Below are positions 47,158 to 50,519 of a stretch of 50,519 nucleotides of DNA, piece after piece. The notes beneath the pieces were generated by a model. It saw nothing but the letters and a program-made list of their open reading frames with translations. It made no database searches and had not been told where the DNA came from. The stretch spans positions 1 to 50,519 of the forward strand of contig JAVHRY010000039.1 in the NCBI GenBank assembly GCA_036171915.1, in the 5' to 3' direction. The position numbers and the translations under genes are program-made. Every line of letters begins with the position of its first letter. Positions within the stretch are counted from its first letter, which is position 1. The stretch is from Elusimicrobiales bacterium (GTDB taxonomy: Bacteria; Elusimicrobiota; Elusimicrobia; Elusimicrobiales; UBA9959).

Positions 47158-48239
47158 CTGCCGCCCCGGGGCAGGATGCCTATCCCCGATCTTACCCGGT
47201 CAAGGGAATAAACCCCGTCGCGCGAAAGAAAACCCGCGCCGGTCATCCCGCTGTTCTTTATAAAGAACGGGATATCCAGGTCGATAAAGTCAAACCCGCC
47301 GAGGCCGCCGGCGAACTGCGCGGACGCGGCGCTGGCAAGCTCGCTCTCCACCATTTCACCCATCATAAGCTTAAGGCTTTTGGCCCTGGCCAGGGCCCAC
47401 ACTTCCCGGGCCCGGAGGAAGCCCAGTTTGGTAAGCTTGATGTTTATCGCCGTCACCGCTTTTTTCCTTATCAGGTTAAAGACGTCGTCCAGGGAATAGG
47501 CGGATTCGTCGGCGCAGACCGGCATGGAGAGCTTTCTTGACAGGTAGGAGAGCCCGGAGATATCGTCCTTGGCCACCGGCTGTTCTAGCACGGCCGGGCG
47601 TATGCCCCGGCCGGCCAGTTCTTTTATGAATTTCTCGGCCTCTTTGGCGCTGTAGGCGCAGTTGGCGTCCAGGTAGATGGCCGAACCCGGCGCGGCTTTT
47701 TTAACCGCCGCCAGCCGCCTGAAATCCTCGTCCATATCGGAGCCGGTCTTAACCTTGAAAATACGGAAACCCCGGCCGCGCATTTTAAGCGTGAAATCGT
47801 AAGCGGCGGCCGCCCCGCCTATCACCACGGTAACGTCGGTCTTCAGCCTTGGCGTATGCCCGCCGAAGAATTTCCATAAAGAGACGCCCTGCAGGCGGGC
47901 CGCCAGGTCCAGCAGCGCCATCTGCGCCCCGGCGAGCGCCGCCCGGTTCCCTTCCAGCGCTTCTTCCAGCAGGCACATGGCGCCCAGGTAATTGGCGGCG
48001 TCCAGTCCGGCAAGCAATTCTCCCGCCCGCTTCAGGTTTTTGACGGTGACGGCGCGCGTTTCCCCGGTTATGTGCGTGGCGATGGCGGCCTCGCCGTAAC
48101 CCCTGGTACCGCCCGCCGTTTCCAGCGTGAAAAGGACGTTCGCCAAGCTGCGGTGGCTGCCGCTTGAAATAGTAAAAGGGGTAAACAATTCCGCGCCAAA
48201 TTCTTTAACCGAAACTTTTTTTATAACAGAATCTTTCAT
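47154..48239 (-). CDS. Dipeptide epimerase (L-Ala-D/L-Glu epimerase, enolase superfamily)
   Basis: PFTIS, GYGEA, FKVKTG, LDANCAY, LEQP, ADES, NIKL, DLD; start ATG 48239 overlapping the upstream stop. Confidence 0.88.
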   Translation of the reverse strand: MKDSVIKKVSVKEFGAELFTPFTISSGSHRSLANVLFTLETAGGTRGYGEAAIATHITGETRAVTVKNLKRAGELLAGLDAANYLGAMCLLEEALEGNRAALAGAQMALLDLAARLQGVSLWKFFGGHTPRLKTDVTVVIGGAAAAYDFTLKMRGRGFRIFKVKTGSDMDEDFRRLAAVKKAAPGSAIYLDANCAYSAKEAEKFIKELAGRGIRPAVLEQPVAKDDISGLSYLSRKLSMPVCADESAYSLDDVFNLIRKKAVTAINIKLTKLGFLRAREVWALARAKSLKLMMGEMVESELASAASAQFAGGLGGFDFIDLDIPFFIKNSGMTGAGFLSRDGVYSLDRVRSGIGILPRGGR

Positions 48240-49378
48240 GAGGTCTTTTCCTTTTCGCCGGACATCTCCCGGCCCAGCAGCATCAGCATCACAACTATTA
48301 GGAATATAAGCACGCTCTGGGCGAGCAGCAGCCAGGTCCCCACAGTGGACGCCGTATGCCTTATATTCCAGGCGCCCAGGCCCAGCGCGACGTTGAGCAC
48401 CACGATAAAACACACTGTCTGTTCCACGCTCAGGCCAAGTTTCATCAGGCGGTGGTGGAAATGGTCTTTGCCCGCGTACTCAAGCCATTCTTTCAAGTTA
48501 GTCACGCTGCCGTTCCTGACGCGGGACACGGTAGTATAAATAATGTCGAAAATCGGGATGCCAAGTATTAACAGCGGCGTGGACAGGGAAACGGCTGGGT
48601 TGCCGGTGGCCCAGCTGCCGTAAAGCGCCAGGCAGCCCAGGATAAAGCCTATAAAGGTTGAGCCGGAATCACCCAGGAAAACCCGGGCCGGGCGCCAGTT
48701 CATGCGCAGGAAACCCAGGCAGGCCCCGGCCAAAGCCGCGGAAATAAAAGACAGCGGGTACTGGCTGGATTTCCACCCTATGCCCAGAAAAAGCAGGGCG
48801 CAGACCCCCCCCATGGTTGAGGCAAGCCCGTCTATCCCGTCCATAAAGTTAAAGGCGTTTACTATGCCTATCAGCCACAGCACCGACAGCACGGAAGAGA
48901 CCGGCTGATTAAAAGGCAAATTAACGGGCAGGCTCAGGCGCAGGCCGAAGAACGTCACCACAAGGGCGGCCGCGACCTGCCAGAAAAGACGGTGTACCGC
49001 GGAAAGCCCCTTCCAGTCGTCAAAGAAACCCACCACAAAAATAATGGTCCCCCCCAGCAGGATGCCGTAAATCTGCGGAGAAAACTGCTGGTTACGGATC
49101 ACCGCCGCGAGGAAAGCCAGGTAAACAGCCGCCCCCCCCAGGCGGGGTATCGGAGTAGAATGGACCTTGCGCGCGGCGGGCATATCCATCGCCCCTATTT
49201 TTACAGCCAGCCAGGCGCTGGCCGGGGCGAGGACGAACACACAGGACATTGAAATAAGGAAAAGGTAAACCCAGCGCAGGCCCTCCGTCCAGGTCCAGGC
49301 TGAAAACCCGCCGGAAGGCAGAAGGACGAGCAGCAGGGCCAGCACGGCTAAAGATAAAAATCCGCCCTGCCTTTTCAT
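48236..49378 (-). CDS. WecA/TagO-like undecaprenyl-phosphate GlcNAc-1-phosphate transferase (MraY family)
   Basis: RKVHSTPIPRLGG, GFFDD, NAFNFMDGIDGL, VFLGDSGS, DHFHHRL. Confidence 0.9.
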   Translation of the reverse strand: MKRQGGFLSLAVLALLLVLLPSGGFSAWTWTEGLRWVYLFLISMSCVFVLAPASAWLAVKIGAMDMPAARKVHSTPIPRLGGAAVYLAFLAAVIRNQQFSPQIYGILLGGTIIFVVGFFDDWKGLSAVHRLFWQVAAALVVTFFGLRLSLPVNLPFNQPVSSVLSVLWLIGIVNAFNFMDGIDGLASTMGGVCALLFLGIGWKSSQYPLSFISAALAGACLGFLRMNWRPARVFLGDSGSTFIGFILGCLALYGSWATGNPAVSLSTPLLILGIPIFDIIYTTVSRVRNGSVTNLKEWLEYAGKDHFHHRLMKLGLSVEQTVCFIVVLNVALGLGAWNIRHTASTVGTWLLLAQSVLIFLIVVMLMLLGREMSGEKEKTS

Positions 49379-50004
49379 TATTTACAATCCAGCAGGGAAT
49401 CCAGCAGCAGCCGGCGGGGCACGAAACCCTCGGCGTATTTAACCCTGTCATGGTAGCCCCGGAAAACTGCGGCGGCCTTGGCGCTTTCCACTATAGACAG
49501 ATTTTTCACGCGCGTTTTAAAGACCTGCGAGCGGTGGCATTTAAGCAGCGCCACTTTTTTGCTTATCACCGAGCCAATGTCCATAAAAATGCCGGGATTG
49601 AAATCTATAGTGGTGGGACACTCGTAAAAAAGGAGATTTTTAGAATAGCGCGCCGCGGTTTCAACCGCCTGCGACACGCTGCGGTGGTCCTGGTGCGTAT
49701 CGGCGCCGCTGTTTACAAAAACTATATCGGGCTTCAGGGCTTCCAGCCTTTCCTCTACGGCGAGGATAAGGTCACGGTTCAAGTGGACCATGGTATCCTC
49801 AAAACCGCCCCAGTACAGTTTTGCCTTAAGCATGGCCGCGCTGCGCTCCTGTTCCGCCAGGCGCAGGCGCGGGTCGCCGCCCACGGCGCCCCGCGTCATG
49901 ACAAGCAGGCTTATCTTATGTCCTTTGGCGGCCAGCTTTAAAAATGTGCCGCCGCAGCCGAATTCAAGATCGTCGGGGTGGGGGCCGATGCCGAGTATTT
50001 TCAT
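49378..50004 (-). CDS. PIG-L/LmbE family deacetylase
   Basis: GPHPDDLEFGCGG, DTHQDH, HRSQ, YAEGF. Confidence 0.9.
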   Translation of the reverse strand: MKILGIGPHPDDLEFGCGGTFLKLAAKGHKISLLVMTRGAVGGDPRLRLAEQERSAAMLKAKLYWGGFEDTMVHLNRDLILAVEERLEALKPDIVFVNSGADTHQDHRSVSQAVETAARYSKNLLFYECPTTIDFNPGIFMDIGSVISKKVALLKCHRSQVFKTRVKNLSIVESAKAAAVFRGYHDRVKYAEGFVPRRLLLDSLLDCK

Positions 50005-50015
50005 AATTTAAATAA

Positions 50016-50519
50016 TTACTTGCTGCTCTCCTGCCCTTCGGTTACCAGGGCTTCCGTTATGGTCTTTTCGCCTTTGGAAAAAGCCGTCAGCATGCTCATA
50101 TTGGCTATGTTATTTATCCAGCGCGGAATACCGCCGGACCTTTCAAAAAGCAGTTCCATGGCCCTTTTATCGAAGATATTTTCAGTCAGGCCCGCTATCT
50201 CAAGCCTGTGCGCCACGTATTTACGGGTTTCTTCAAAATCAAGCGGCTTAAGATGATAGCTGAGCGTTATGCGCTGGCTGAACTGTTTATTCGCGTCCAA
50301 CTTTTCTTTAAGTTCCGGCTGGCCGCTGAGCAGCAGGGTAAGGAGGAACCGGGTTTCGGTCTGGAAGTTAAGCAGCAGGCGCAGTTCCTCGAACACGTTC
50401 ACGTCGTCTATGAGCTGCGCCTCGTCGATGGCGACCACCACGTGCTTGCCGTCCTGGAAAGTGTCGCGCAGAAAGCGCTCTATGCCCATCAGCACGTCTT
50501 CTTTCTGCTTGGGCACGTT
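50016..50519 (-). CDS. ExeA-like AAA ATPase (5' end outside the window)
   Basis: Walker B VVAIDEAQ, EELRLLLN, LSGQPEL, YVAHRL, SGGIPRWINN; Walker A lies beyond the window edge. Confidence 0.85.
   Translation of the reverse strand, partial: NVPKQKEDVLMGIERFLRDTFQDGKHVVVAIDEAQLIDDVNVFEELRLLLNFQTETRFLLTLLLSGQPELKEKLDANKQFSQRITLSYHLKPLDFEETRKYVAHRLEIAGLTENIFDKRAMELLFERSGGIPRWINNIANMSMLTAFSKGEKTITEALVTEGQESSK

Overview
A GC-rich bacterial chromosomal window. An Elusimicrobiota origin is plausible from gene content and secreted-protein style, but this is inference only. It is almost fully coding and mostly on the minus strand. The left half (1-27 kb) is an anaerobic purine/N-heterocycle catabolism region: glutamine synthetase, two xanthine-dehydrogenase-family Mo/FeS/FAD sets, XdhC-type chaperone, MocA, an 8-oxoguanine-deaminase-like enzyme, and a single-chain PreT-PreA-like flavoenzyme coupled to ssnA. 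It is interrupted by an exported TldD/TldE-like pair, an FlgO/CsgG-beta-barrel fusion and an adenylate cyclase. The right half carries histidine utilisation (hutH, hutU, hutI, fused ftcD), an acyl-CoA dehydrogenase/EtfAB set with a ferredoxin-fused EtfA, signalling genes and the end of a polysaccharide locus. The most unusual non-coding features lie at 45.9-46.5 kb. A 171-bp CTAG-bounded MITE (second copy at 27.8 kb) is nested inside a TTA-flanked MITE with perfect 31-bp terminal inverted repeats, and the two share a covarying internal hairpin. Next to them is a candidate ~85-nt small RNA with its own near-consensus sigma70 promoter and terminator hairpin. I saw no CRISPR array, tRNA, rRNA or transposase.
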